Source: Sedimentisphaerales bacterium (lineage in GTDB: Bacteria; Planctomycetota; Phycisphaerae; Sedimentisphaerales; Anaerobacaceae). Taken from it: DNA of 64,000 bases. Shown piece after piece: positions 1 to 9,943 of the stretch. Under the pieces are notes generated by a model. It saw nothing but the letters and a program-made list of their open reading frames with translations, made no database searches and had not been told where the DNA came from. Made by a program: the position numbers and the translations under genes. How positions within the stretch are numbered: the stretch's first letter is position 1; each line of letters starts with the position of its first letter. Where the stretch lies: the NCBI GenBank assembly GCA_963708075.1, contig OY970194.1, positions 5,600,001-5,664,000 of the forward strand, read 5' to 3'.

Positions 1-800
1 GGGCTCGCGTGCTTACCTTCTTCCCTTCCTACCTTCTTACCTTCATCACCGGCGTGTGCTGCCAGGCCTGCGGTCTGCGCGGGCCATTCGGCAAGGCTAC
101 GTCGCTCCAGCTCCTCCATGCGCCGGCGTTTTTCGAGGAAGTGCCTGTACTTCTGTAGGTCCTCGTCGTTCCACTGGCTTGCCTCTGTGTAGTCGCCGCA
201 GAAGGGGACTTGAAGATCGATCCAGCAGGCGAGCTTCTCAATCTCCTCCGGCGCAAGTCGTGCGTCGTAGTGGCCATCCGCCAACAGGGACAACAACCGG
301 CTGCGGGCCGCCCCGGCGGCGTACGGCGTAAGCAGCGGGGGCACTGATTGGGCCCCGACCCAATTCACCAGACCGTCCGTTGTGCCTGCGAGATAACGAT
401 TGCCTTCCAGCGTCTTCTCTGTCGCTTGAACGAGTGCCAGGTAGCTTGTGCTCCACTGCCTCTTGGCGAGGTCTTCGACCACGGGCGTGCCGAGCAGGCA
501 GGGGGCGGCCTTCCCGGTCGCAGGGGCCTTGCCGTCGTGACAACGGATGCAATGGCGGTCGAGGACAGGCTGGATTTCGCGCGAGAAGCTGAAACCTCGC
601 GGGGGACCATGAAAAGGAATCAGGTCCTGCGGGCCCGCCCGGAACGCCAGGCTCGGCGCGGGTTTGACGGCCGGTGTGTCGTTCTTCGACTCATGACACC
701 CGATGCACGAGGCGTTCTCACCCGGCTGCAGGGTCATCCAGCTCCGCATCGTCTGCACCGCGTACCCGCGGGCGTCGATGGCCTGGAAGTAGAGAGGCAT
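1..800 (-). CDS. C-terminal part of the same HzsA-like protein, with two c-type heme motifs; runs off the window start
   Basis: My translation of the shifted frame: MPLYFQAIDARGYAVQTMRSWMTLQPGENASCIGCHE...DRHCIRCHD...LACWIDLQVPFCGDY. Two CxxCH motifs, no stop before base 1. Confidence 0.7.
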   Translation of the reverse strand, partial: MPLYFQAIDARGYAVQTMRSWMTLQPGENASCIGCHESKNDTPAVKPAPSLAFRAGPQDLIPFHGPPRGFSFSREIQPVLDRHCIRCHDGKAPATGKAAPCLLGTPVVEDLAKRQWSTSYLALVQATEKTLEGNRYLAGTTDGLVNWVGAQSVPPLLTPYAAGAARSRLLSLLADGHYDARLAPEEIEKLACWIDLQVPFCGDYTEASQWNDEDLQKYRHFLEKRRRMEELERRSLAEWPAQTAGLAAHAGDEGKKVGREEGKHAS

Positions 801-2806
801 GGCGCGGGCACCGTGAAGAACGCCGAGCCGTCAGGGTGAACGGTGGCGTCGCCGAGCACGACCTTCACGTCCCAGCTCCCATTGCCTATAGCCACCGGCG
901 TGCAAGCCAGCGCATCGCCCGCCGGGCCGGCGTTGTAGTTCCAGCCGACGCCGGCGGCGCGATACTCAAGGCCGATCACGCGGATCTTCTTCACTGTGCC
1001 GCGAGCGATACCGGTTAGTCCGGGGCCTGCGTAGATGTCTTGCAGATAGCAGGTGCCGGTGGTCTTCTCATAATTCACGACGCTGGGTCGGACGAGGGGG
1101 CGCGGCCGTGCCGTCAAAGGTATAGGCTGGCCGCAGGAGAAATCCGGATCAGCCGCCAGCAACTCCCGGCGGCCATTCGCGGCGATCCAGTACAGCTTGA
1201 AGAATGTGGGAGAGCGGGACCAGCCCAGGGGTGTATAGGCCACCACGAATTCAGATTCAGAGAGTGGATAGGGATACTGAAACAGATCGCCGTCCTGTCC
1301 GTAATAGTCGATGCGCTCGGCAGGCGTCTCGCGGACCGGGGCGATCAATTGGGTGCCGGCGTTTTCCTGCCGGCCCTTGGCAGGGTCCACGATTCCCAGC
1401 TTGCCGACCTGGCGCGTGTGGTGGCCTGAGAAGATGGCGACCACTTTCTGCGTGCCGGGAATGCCGCGGGCGTGCAGCAGCGAGGTGGGAAACCAGGAAT
1501 TGTTCGCGTAAAACTCGGTCTGGCCCGTGCCGTCGGGATTCATCTGGAACAGGCCCTGGACAAAGAGCTGGCCGCGGTCCTGGTATTCCCAGCGGGTATA
1601 GACGACCCGCCCGTCCGGCATCACCATGGGGTAGTTGTCGTGGACTTGATCGAATGTCAGGCGGCGCATGTAGCGACCGTCACGGCTGCACGTGTACAGG
1701 TTGCTGACCTCCGTCCACCAGCAATCCACCGTCTGAACGCAGCGAGTGGAGTTGAACAGAATGTCGTCGTTCGGCAGGTAGACGCACTCATAATCCGCAA
1801 AGCCAAGCCCTTCGGTCAACTGCTTCACCGAGCCGTCCGCGACGCTCATCTCGTACAGATGGTAATCGTCCTCGCGGTCGGACTTCTTCCAGGCGAAGAG
1901 CACATGCCGTCCGTCCCACGACACGTCCGGGTCCCGGATGACGCCGTTGGAGTCCTCGATCAGTGTTCGTACGCGGGCCCCGGTTTCTTCGAGCTCAAGC
2001 CGGCACAGCGCTGCCCCCGGCTCGAACTGCCGCTCATGCTGGGCGTCGGATTGGCCCTCGGTATAGGCGTAGTGCGAGCCGCCCAGGATACAATGCTTCG
2101 TGAAGATCCATCGCGGATATTGCTGGCGCAGGTTTTGCAGTCGCCTGTCGCGGCGCAATTCCGCGGCGCGGAAGTAGAGTTCGAGCCATTGCTTCGGTTC
2201 GGCGGGTGTGGACCGACTCACGAGCCGGTCAAACTCAGCCTGCAAATCCCGGCCGGTCGCTCCCAGCGCCGCCAGCACGTTGGCCGTCGCCTTCTGCGCC
2301 ACGACCGACACGGTGGACGCCGACAACCATGGGCCGAAGTCCGGCCCCGCATCCTGGAGGCACCAATCCCACGGCACCGGGAACTCCCGCTCGCCCCGGA
2401 TGGAGAACTCCTCGGCCGCAGCGGTGAACGTCTCGCTGTTCGGGTCGAGCGGCGCCATCTCGGTCTGCGCTCCGAGCACAGCCGCCTGCCATGCCTTGGC
2501 CTGGTCGGACAGTGACGCCGCATCGGCTGCCGGGCTCGTGCCTGGACACCAGCAGAGCCAGAGAGCCCCGATTGCAGTAAGCAAGATGGACTTTGACCAG
2601 CCTCGTAAAGATGAGAGGCCTGGGTGGCAGCGGCAAGCGGAGTCTTCGGAGCTTGCCGATGGTGTTGACGCACATCCCGCGAGCCATCGGCAAGCTGCGC
2701 TTGCCGCTGCCACCCGCCATGAGTCTTGAATGCGGAACAGTGTACACGTACCTTGACGCGGGTGGATGGGCTTTAGTCCATGCGGACGCCTTGCAGCATC
2801 GTTCAT
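734..2806 (-). CDS. HzsA-like secreted beta-propeller protein (hydrazine synthase alpha middle domain family), N-terminal part; frameshifted near 803
   Basis: TolB/WD40-like motifs (IRDPDVSWDGRHVLFAWKK, YTRWEY, NPDGTGQ) and middle-domain motif 'DGSAFFTVPA'. The signal-like stretch 'ILLTAIGALWLCWCPGTSPAADA' suggests the real start is near 2584; the preceding ~74 codons are REP DNA. Confidence 0.75.
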   Translation of the reverse strand: MNDAARRPHGLKPIHPRQGTCTLFRIQDSWRVAAASAACRWLAGCASTPSASSEDSACRCHPGLSSLRGWSKSILLTAIGALWLCWCPGTSPAADAASLSDQAKAWQAAVLGAQTEMAPLDPNSETFTAAAEEFSIRGEREFPVPWDWCLQDAGPDFGPWLSASTVSVVAQKATANVLAALGATGRDLQAEFDRLVSRSTPAEPKQWLELYFRAAELRRDRRLQNLRQQYPRWIFTKHCILGGSHYAYTEGQSDAQHERQFEPGAALCRLELEETGARVRTLIEDSNGVIRDPDVSWDGRHVLFAWKKSDREDDYHLYEMSVADGSVKQLTEGLGFADYECVYLPNDDILFNSTRCVQTVDCWWTEVSNLYTCSRDGRYMRRLTFDQVHDNYPMVMPDGRVVYTRWEYQDRGQLFVQGLFQMNPDGTGQTEFYANNSWFPTSLLHARGIPGTQKVVAIFSGHHTRQVGKLGIVDPAKGRQENAGTQLIAPVRETPAERIDYYGQDGDLFQYPYPLSESEFVVAYTPLGWSRSPTFFKLYWIAANGRRELLAADPDFSCGQPIPLTARPRPLVRPSVVNYEKTTGTCYLQDIYAGPGLTGIARGTVKKIRVIGLEYRAAGVGWNYNAGPAGDALACTPVAIGNGSWDVKVVLGDATVHPDGSAFFTVPAPCLSTSRPSTPAGTRCRRCGAG
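2622..2715. repeat. REP/MITE-like palindrome, family A (GGGTGGCAGCGGCAAG...CTTGCCGCTGCCACCC)
   Basis: Terminal inverted repeat seen directly. Related copies at 21039-21070, 25868-25901, 31306-31386, 49764-50017, 56727-56807 and 61329-61408. Confidence 0.9.
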
Positions 2807-3939
2807 TACTTTCTCACCTCATTGCCAAGGGGCCGCTCGAAGTACTCGCGCCATACCGCGTAGGCGGGGCGGGCATTGCCCTGCTCATCGACAAGCCCGC
2901 AATCGCGCCACGCCATGAACAGCTCCGGCGCGGTCGCTTTGATTTTGTCCCAGAGTGCATCGTAGTCGCGGTGGATGAACAGCACGACAAACTCGAAGCG
3001 GCGTTGCTCGGCCAGCGCCAGCAATGTCCGCACGTAGGCGGCCTGCTTTTCGGGCGTGCCGTTGATCACGATCTTGCTTTGTGGAAAGACCAGCCGGTCG
3101 CCGGCCTCGTTGGTCTCGACCATGGCGTAGGGCTTGTCAAACCGGTCGAACTTCTCCGTCATCCACGCCAGCGCCTTCTCGGCGGGTTCGCCCGCCAGGA
3201 AGGGATAATAACTGACCGCGACGAAATCGTTGAACGGCATCAACTCCTCCCAGGTGGCCAGCATCGGCCCGCGATCTTTGATCATATTGTGCAGTGTGAA
3301 GGACGCGAAGATCGGCAGATTCGGATGCTCCTTCTTCAGCTCGCCATAAACGTAGCGATGGAGCTCGACATACGCCCGCCACTTCTTGACGCCGGAGTTG
3401 AAGATCTCGTTCACTTCGATGCCGATAGCCAGGTAGTCAGGCTTGAAGAAGTCGATGCAACGACGGCAATAGGTCAGGAACGCCCGCTTGACGAGAGGAT
3501 CGTCGTACGATTTGCCTTTCAGTTCCGGCGGCAGCGGCGTAGCGCCCTTGTCGGGCAGCTTGAGATCGCCGCGACCCGGTGACACGGCCAGATATACCTT
3601 CGCCCCCGGCGGTTTCATGGAGCGCTTGGACTCGTGCTCACTCACGAGTTCCTTCGGAAAAGGCACATCCTGCAACGCCTCGGCCCAAGGCACGCCTTCA
3701 ATATGGTGGGCGATGAGATCAGCGTTGTCACGTACGAACTGCCGGGTCTGCTCGACCGCCTCGATGCTGATATCGTGCGGGAACGCCGTGAACCCCATGC
3801 GAAAGGGCCGTAACCGCTCCGCTTCCGCACTCAGGTCAATCGCCATGCCCAGGAGCAACACCAACACAGCCACGGCTAACCCGTAGTCGCTCCTCCGCAT
3901 TCGGATACCACACGCGATGTTGTGTAGTGGCGTTCCCAT
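2806..3939 (-). CDS. Secreted glycoside-hydrolase-like TIM-barrel protein (probable start 3900)
   Basis: Signal peptide; motifs 'PDYLAIGIEVNE', 'VSYYP' and 'KPYAMVET' resemble clan GH-A catalytic Glu positions. Confidence 0.6.
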   Translation of the reverse strand: MGTPLHNIACGIRMRRSDYGLAVAVLVLLLGMAIDLSAEAERLRPFRMGFTAFPHDISIEAVEQTRQFVRDNADLIAHHIEGVPWAEALQDVPFPKELVSEHESKRSMKPPGAKVYLAVSPGRGDLKLPDKGATPLPPELKGKSYDDPLVKRAFLTYCRRCIDFFKPDYLAIGIEVNEIFNSGVKKWRAYVELHRYVYGELKKEHPNLPIFASFTLHNMIKDRGPMLATWEELMPFNDFVAVSYYPFLAGEPAEKALAWMTEKFDRFDKPYAMVETNEAGDRLVFPQSKIVINGTPEKQAAYVRTLLALAEQRRFEFVVLFIHRDYDALWDKIKATAPELFMAWRDCGLVDEQGNARPAYAVWREYFERPLGNEVRK

Positions 3940-4010
3940 CCGTCTTTCCTACTCCTATTTGCCTGTCGAATGTTGATCGACCCATCCCTATGGCGATAGA
4001 ATAACGAATC

Positions 4011-4361
4011 ATGGCTGACCCGGCAACCATAGAGACTGTGCGACGATACCTGCGAAACCTCGCACAGCAGGGCATTCTGGCTCGCATGGGGATCATCTTC
4101 GGCTCTCATGCCTCCGGGCATCCCGGTAAGTGGAGCGACATTGATTTGGTAGTGGTGTCCCCGATGTTTGACGGCCTGTTCTCACGAGAGACCGTCAACC
4201 GCCTATGGCGCGTAGCCGCACGCACGGACAGTCGGATCGAGCCCATCCCCTGCGGCGAGCGTCAATGGGCCGAGGATAACACAACGCCCATTATCGAGAT
4301 TGCCCGCCGGGAGGGAGTACAGGTGGTACCAGATGGAAATGGAGCCGGTGAGACAACCTGA
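4011..4361 (+). CDS. Minimal nucleotidyltransferase (MNT) domain protein
   Basis: 'IFGSHASG...SDIDLVVVS' pol-beta NTase motif; 116 aa. Confidence 0.85.
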   Translation: MADPATIETVRRYLRNLAQQGILARMGIIFGSHASGHPGKWSDIDLVVVSPMFDGLFSRETVNRLWRVAARTDSRIEPIPCGERQWAEDNTTPIIEIARREGVQVVPDGNGAGETT

Positions 4362-4510
4362 ACGAGGTGTCATTTGCCAATGGTCTGATCTTGGCCCTGC
4401 GCCTCAGAACATTGCGTCCTGTTGCCGGTAATGGTATCTTGTTGGCCGACACATGGCCGCCTCACAGCGAATGACGGAATATATGTTCTGGCGAGAAAGG
4501 AGATCAGGAG

Positions 4511-4918
4511 ATGGCACGGACCTTCAACGAAGCGATCACTCAAAACCCGAATAACGACGAGGTCAATCTATCCGCGATTAGGGCACTCCAAGCATGGCAA
4601 TATCTCATTCCGAAGGCTAAGAACCGCCAGCTCGTGAAATACGATGAACTGGCGACGCTGATGGGCTATGCGAACAACCACCCTCTGCGGTTCATATTGG
4701 GTCACATTATGCATTATTGTCAACAGGAAGGCTTTCCCGCCCTGACTATCATTGTAGTCAACAACGATGGGACTCCAGGCGAAGGCTTCACGGCGGTGCC
4801 ACGTGATCAGTTTGACGCTCAGCGTGAAAGGACCTTTGGTTTTGATTGGTTCTCCGTTTATCCTCCGACCCCTGCGGAATTCACACAGTCATGGGACGCG
4901 GCCCAGCGACAGCAGTAG
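4511..4918 (+). CDS. Hypothetical protein, winged-helix-like
   Basis: AGGAG RBS; pattern 'YDELATLMG...LGHIMHYC...FPALTIIVVN...PGEGF'; less GC-rich than the flanks. Confidence 0.65.
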   Translation: MARTFNEAITQNPNNDEVNLSAIRALQAWQYLIPKAKNRQLVKYDELATLMGYANNHPLRFILGHIMHYCQQEGFPALTIIVVNNDGTPGEGFTAVPRDQFDAQRERTFGFDWFSVYPPTPAEFTQSWDAAQRQQ

Positions 4919-5016
4919 TAGAAAGCACCTGTCTCCCGACTCTCGCGTCTGTTGGAGACTCAAGAACGACCAAAGACAGATGAAGGTGCGGGGAGACTTG
5001 TGGCGTGGGTAGACCT

Positions 5017-5038
5017 GGTGGGACAGGGCCTACCCTAC
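5017..5038 (-). repeat. GTAG-type REP hairpin overlapping the kinase stop codon
   Basis: Minus strand reads GTAGGGTAGGCCCTGTCCCACC. Similar GTAG-led hairpins at ~21077-21095 and 39731-39755. Confidence 0.5.
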
Positions 5039-6354
5039 GCGAGGGGCAGTCGCAGGCAGGCTCGGCAGCCGGGTTTGTCGGGGTGGTTGGCCAGGGTCAG
5101 CGAGCCGTTGTGCGCTTCGGCGATCTGGCGGCTGAGAGCCAGGCCGATTCCGGAGCCGTACTGCTTCGTCGTGTAGAACGGTACGAATGCGTTTGTGTCC
5201 TCCGCCAGACCGGGGCCGTCGTCATCCACGCGGACCTCAAGCTCATTGGCGTCGATCCGCCAGCCGATGCAGACTCGGCCGTCTCCCGCCGGGTGAGATT
5301 GCTGGCTTGCCTCCACGGCGTTCGAGATCACGTTGATCAGCAGTTGCTCCAGTTGATCGCGGTCGGCTCGGATTCGTACCGGCGGGCCTTCCTGGACCGT
5401 CGCCTCCATCCGGGTTTCAAGCTCCGCCACTCGGCGAAGCAATTGCGCCACGTCCACTTGAGAGAAGGTTGGGTGGGGCAGATGCATCAAGCGGGAGTAC
5501 GCGCCGATGAACCGGGCGAGGGCCTCGGATCGCTCGGCGATCAGTTCCAGGCCACCCTTCAAATCCTCCTCCCAATCCAGCGGCAGCGGCCGTCGGGCGA
5601 TGATCGCTCGCAGACTGTCGGCGACCGACTGGATGGGCGTCAGGGAGTTGTTCACCTCGTGACGGACCGTCCGGATCAACTGCGTCCAGGCGCGTCGTTC
5701 CTCCTCGTGCAGCGTGCGGGTCAGGTCGGAGAGGAACACGAGCTGATGCGACACGCCTTTTTCCCGATAGTCCCCGCGGCGCAGCTCCCAGCGTCCGGAG
5801 CCGCCCGGCAATGCGATGTCGAGCACGCGGGGGGTCTCGCCCTCCAGGCACTCGGCCAGGCCGAGCTCGCTCGCCCGGCAACCGAGCAGCTCCTCATCGG
5901 TCCTGCCCAGCAGGCGTTTGCCGCTGTCATTGACTAATTGGAGCCGCTGCCGGCTGTCGAAGCCGAACATCGCGACATCGATCTCCGCAAGGACCTTGCG
6001 AAGCAGGGCGGTCGCTTCCATCGCTCCCAGACGTTGCTCGCGCAGCGATTCCGCCAGGGCATTGACCTCCCAGATGACCTCGCCCAGCGCGTCATTGAGC
6101 CGAGCGCCCCGGGCCCGCAGGGAATAGTCGCCTTCCCGCAGCGCTCCCAGCAGATTGGACAACGTGCGAAGCGGAAAGACGACCTTGCTCTGGATAGTAA
6201 ATGCGACCCCGACCCAGATGAGCGTGATCAGCACGCCCAGCGTCACTTGTGTCCGCAGGGCGTAGTTCGAGTCCCACAGCAGGAAGAAAGACGCTGTGGA
6301 ACCCGCCAGTCCAGATAGCAGGCCAAGCGTCAGGATGCGATGTTCGTACTTCAT
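5035..6354 (-). CDS. Sensor histidine kinase (NtrY/NtrB-like; TM, HAMP, PAS, HATPase)
   Basis: H-box HEVNNSLTPI, N-box NVISNAVEA, DDDGPG, 'FVPFYTTK', GSGIGL. Confidence 0.92.
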   Translation of the reverse strand: MKYEHRILTLGLLSGLAGSTASFFLLWDSNYALRTQVTLGVLITLIWVGVAFTIQSKVVFPLRTLSNLLGALREGDYSLRARGARLNDALGEVIWEVNALAESLREQRLGAMEATALLRKVLAEIDVAMFGFDSRQRLQLVNDSGKRLLGRTDEELLGCRASELGLAECLEGETPRVLDIALPGGSGRWELRRGDYREKGVSHQLVFLSDLTRTLHEEERRAWTQLIRTVRHEVNNSLTPIQSVADSLRAIIARRPLPLDWEEDLKGGLELIAERSEALARFIGAYSRLMHLPHPTFSQVDVAQLLRRVAELETRMEATVQEGPPVRIRADRDQLEQLLINVISNAVEASQQSHPAGDGRVCIGWRIDANELEVRVDDDGPGLAEDTNAFVPFYTTKQYGSGIGLALSRQIAEAHNGSLTLANHPDKPGCRACLRLPLA

Positions 6355-6445
6355 GAGTTGCGATTTACCAGTTGCGATTTACGATTGTTGGGATTCGAGC
6401 CGTCACGAACAAGCCTGAAATCTCAAATCTCAAATCGCGATTCCC

Positions 6446-7855
6446 CTATCCAATCCCATACTTCTCCAACCGCCGGTACAAGGCGCCGCGGCTGAGGCCG
6501 AGGGCCTCCGCGGCCTTGCTGATGTCGCCCTGGGAACGCGCCAGCGCATTCTGGATCATCATCTGCTCGACCTGCTCCAGGGTCATGTTCTCGATCTTGC
6601 CGCCGGTCTCGGGCCTGGCCTCCAGGCCCAGATCGCTGGGCTGTACGGTGCCGCCGTGAGCCATCAGGACCGCCCGCTCGATGGTGTGATCGAGCTCTCG
6701 CACGTTCCCGGGCCAGGAGTAATCCAGCAGCGCCTGCATCGCCGCTGGGTCCAGACCGGCAAGCTCCTTGCGGTACCGTCCCGCGTGCCTGGTGAGGAAA
6801 TGAGCGGCCAGTAAGGGGACATCTTCCTTTCGCTCTCGCAAGGGCGGGACGCGAATTTCCACCGTCTTCAGGCGGTACAGCAGGTCCTGCCGGAAGCGTG
6901 CCTCGGCGACCTCCTTGCCAACGTCGGCGTTGGTGGCCGACAGAATTCGAACGTCGACGCGGTGGGTTTTCGAAGACCCGACCGGCTCGAACTCGCCGCT
7001 TTCGAGCACGCGGAGCAGCTTCGATTGCAGGTTAGCCGGGATGCTGGCGATCTCGTCAAGGAACAGTGTCCCGCCGTCGGCCAGCTTGAACCGCCCGATC
7101 CGGTCCGATTTGGCGTCGGTGAAGGCGCCAGCGACGTGGCCGAACAACTCGCTCTCGAAAAGGCTGTCCGGGATGCTCGCGGTGTTCACGGTCACGAGGG
7201 ATTTGTCCTTGCGGGTCGATGCGGCGTGCAGAGCCTGGGCGACAATCCCCTTGCCCGCCCCGTTTTCCCCAGTTATCAGCACGTTCGCCTGCGACGGCCC
7301 GATCCGAGCGATGGCTTCAAGCACCGGCCGCATCGCGCGGGCCTCGGCGATCAGTAGCGGCTGGGCCTCGCTTCGAAGCAGGAAATTTTCCTGCTCAAGT
7401 TGTCGCCCCTTGCGCAGGGCCCGGCCCAGCTCCACCTGCGTGCGCAAAACAGCGAGCAGCCGCTCATTCTTCCACGGCTTGGTCACGAAGTCGCGGGCCC
7501 CGCGTTGCATCGCCTCCACGGCCAGCTCCACGCTGCTCCAGGCCGTCATCACCACCACTGGAAGCGTGCTGTCGATTTGTTGGATCCGGGCCAGCACGTT
7601 AAGCCCCTCCTGCCCCGACGTATTGCCCCTCGCGTAGTTCATGTCCATCAGGACGACGTCCACGTCCTGCCGCCGGATCGCCTCGATGACCGCCTCCGCC
7701 GAGCCGACGGTCTCGATCTGGTAGCCCTCGCCCTTGAGGAGCAGCCGCAGCGCCTTCAGCACGCCCAACTGGTCGTCCGCCACGAGAATCCGCGGCGACA
7801 CCGGCCCCGCCCGGCTCATCCCGACATCCACGCCACCCTGTTCATCTATCGCCAT
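6446..7855 (-). CDS. Sigma-54-type response regulator (NtrC/AtoC family)
   Basis: Receiver domain (ILVADD, DMN), AAA+ GENGAGK, ESELFGH..GAFTDA, LFLDEI, WPGNVREL, C-terminal Fis HTH. Confidence 0.93.
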   Translation of the reverse strand: MAIDEQGGVDVGMSRAGPVSPRILVADDQLGVLKALRLLLKGEGYQIETVGSAEAVIEAIRRQDVDVVLMDMNYARGNTSGQEGLNVLARIQQIDSTLPVVVMTAWSSVELAVEAMQRGARDFVTKPWKNERLLAVLRTQVELGRALRKGRQLEQENFLLRSEAQPLLIAEARAMRPVLEAIARIGPSQANVLITGENGAGKGIVAQALHAASTRKDKSLVTVNTASIPDSLFESELFGHVAGAFTDAKSDRIGRFKLADGGTLFLDEIASIPANLQSKLLRVLESGEFEPVGSSKTHRVDVRILSATNADVGKEVAEARFRQDLLYRLKTVEIRVPPLRERKEDVPLLAAHFLTRHAGRYRKELAGLDPAAMQALLDYSWPGNVRELDHTIERAVLMAHGGTVQPSDLGLEARPETGGKIENMTLEQVEQMMIQNALARSQGDISKAAEALGLSRGALYRRLEKYGIG

Positions 7856-8125
7856 AACAACTCCCCAGCCACAAAGCCACTCATCCCGCCCATCTTACCC
7901 GACACGACCGTCACAGTCCATCCGCCACGTCCCCGACCGCGCACGGCGGCCCATAGGAGGGTAAGAAGGTAGGAACCAACCTGATCCCTGATCCCCGATG
8001 CCTGCTCGTCAATCCGCAATCACGGCGTCCCGCCGCTCCCCCGACCCCCCGTCTTCTTCAACCACAGAGAACACCGAGGGCACGGCGAAGGAATCTGCCA
8101 ACTGAGAACCAGCAACCGTAACTGC

Positions 8126-8217
8126 TTGTTCACCGCAGAGAGCCTGCCCCCGCGAAGGCGGGGGACGCCGAGGGTCGCAAAGGAAATATGGAACCGCTGA
8201 TAAATGCGGATGCACGC
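8126..8217. repeat. ~92-bp dispersed direct repeat, copy 1 (hairpin CCCCCGCGAAGGCGGGGG)
   Basis: Nearly identical to 9681-9772; a related inverted core lies near 11123-11156. Confidence 0.85.
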
Positions 8218-8348
8218 TGAATTGGCCGCAGGCCGCCACGACAATCATCAATCACAAATCATCAATCATCAATCCACCGGCAACCGCCCGCAGTCCGCAC
8301 TCCGGTGGCCCGCCTCCCGGTCCCGGTCCTCACGCCGTTTCCCTGCAC

Positions 8349-8780
8349 CTACACCGCTCTGCGTCTACGGAGCCGGCCGACCAGGCTCGCGCCGAGCAGC
8401 CCCAGCAGCGCCGCCCCGGGCGCGGGGACGGGGGCCCGCACCTCAATCAAGCCGTACCAGGGCCCATCGTCGTTGGCGCTCGAATGCAGGTACACATCCA
8501 GGCGGTACTCGTGCGTGGGATCGGCCGGGAGCACCTCCTCGAGTGGGCCTTCCAACGTGTAGTCGTGGTTCAGCCCATACTCATCCCGAAGATAATACAG
8601 TTGGTCGGCGGATGTCAGATCCGTCAGCTCAATGAGCAGGTGCTCGATCTCAATATTCCACAGATCGAAATCCGTCACCACGATGATCGTGTCTCCATCC
8701 GGCCGGAAGGTCCAGGTGCCCTCGGCCACGACACCCGCTCCAGACGATTGTACGTCCGGCGACCAGGCCTTGCTTTCCAC
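8349..8780 (-). pseudogene. PEP-CTERM-like (VPAPGA) sorting-signal protein lacking a signal peptide; probable 5'-truncated remnant
   Basis: C-terminus VPAPGAALLGLLGASLVGRLRRRRAV; in-frame TGA shortly upstream of the GTG; no N-terminal hydrophobic stretch. Confidence 0.55.
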
Positions 8781-9075
8781 AGATGCGTGGAGGCCGCCGA
8801 TGTGAGCAAAATGCGGCCGGCGGATTCAGGATTGCGCTCACGGGAGTCAAGCCCTTTGCGGGGCCAAATCTCAGTATAATGGAGCACATCGTGATTGAAT
8901 AGCGGCTGCCCGGCTCAAAGCGTTGTTGACGCAAAGGCCGGGAAGATACAAGCGACGGTCGAGAACTCGGGCTACCGCCGGATGAAACAAGCGCAGGAAT
9001 CCCGATGAGAACCATCGTCGAGTTCCTGGAGACAACCACGACCGGCCGTCGAACATCAGCATAAGGAGCATAATC

Positions 9076-9540
9076 GTGCGAGGAGACAACATCACGTTTC
9101 GGACATTCGATACTGTCTTGCTGCAGGCGGGCTTGGCCGCGGGGTTGGCCATCCTCATGGCCGGATGTCAACAGAAATACTGGTACCAGGAAGGCAAGAC
9201 GTTCGACGAGTGCAAGGCCGACCATGAGGATTGTTGGACCGAACTGCTCAAGCGGACGGACCTGCGCTATGCGAGCAGTTACAAAGACCGCTTCCTGGGG
9301 GACTACATGCAGCGGAGAGGCTACTGGCCCATTTCGGAGGAGGACTTGCCGCTCGACGTAAAGCGTGAGGACCCGGGTGTGCCGTCGGACGTGCCCTGGA
9401 TTCGTTCCTACGGCGTGGCAGGAACCCTCAGCATGGCGTCCATCGGTCCGGCCGAACTACGCCCCCGCAGAATCCGCGATGCCGGCGTTCCGCAATCCGC
9501 AGGGAGTGTTACCGAGCCACTTACAACGTTCTCGTGGTAA
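9076..9540 (+). CDS. Putative lipoprotein
   Basis: AAGGAG RBS before GTG; lipobox 'LAILMAGC'. Confidence 0.75.
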   Translation: MRGDNITFRTFDTVLLQAGLAAGLAILMAGCQQKYWYQEGKTFDECKADHEDCWTELLKRTDLRYASSYKDRFLGDYMQRRGYWPISEEDLPLDVKREDPGVPSDVPWIRSYGVAGTLSMASIGPAELRPRRIRDAGVPQSAGSVTEPLTTFSW

Positions 9541-9680
9541 GAAATTCGGGGGGGACAGCTTACTTATTTCGGTTTTGAAGTGAGTCCGGTATCCCCAGAT
9601 TTAACCCACAACTGCCGTTTATCCGCAGATTGCGCAGAGTCTCGCAGATTCACGACTGACAACCGAGAACTGTCAAACGA

Positions 9681-9772
9681 TTGTTCACCACAGAGAGCCT
9701 GCCCCCGCGAAGGCGGGGGACGCCGAGGGCCGCAAGGGAAATATGGAACCGCCGATAAACGCGGATGAACGC
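9681..9772. repeat. ~92-bp dispersed direct repeat, copy 2
   Basis: Matches 8126-8217. Confidence 0.85.
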
Positions 9773-9798
9773 AGATTCTCAACCTGCAACTGCATTTT

Positions 9799-9943
9799 CA
9801 TTCCGCATTCCGCAATCATCATTCCGCATTGCGCGTCCCGCGCCGGCTCCGCATTCCGCAATCCGAAATCCGCAATCGCCCGGCCCCGCCGTGCCCCCAC
9901 CGACTACCGACTACCGGCTACCGACTACCGGCTACCGACTACC
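9799..9943. repeat. Heptamer tandem repeats (CATTCCG/CAATCCG and ACCGACT/ACCGGCT x6)
   Basis: 7-nt periodicity seen directly. Confidence 0.9.

Noticed and set aside
1..2806. Evidence for anammox metabolism
   Set aside because: Only an HzsA-like domain protein is present, with no hzsB/hzsC or hydrazine dehydrogenase in view; such homologs are common outside anammox bacteria.
2585..2806. N-terminal 74 aa of the 690-aa ORF as true coding sequence
   Set aside because: It consists of REP palindromes (2622-2715, ~2761-2783) and precedes the apparent signal peptide, despite the TAATG overlap with the upstream gene.
7115..7132. GAFTDA instead of GAFTGA in the enhancer-binding protein
   Set aside because: A common variant in this subfamily; not notable by itself.
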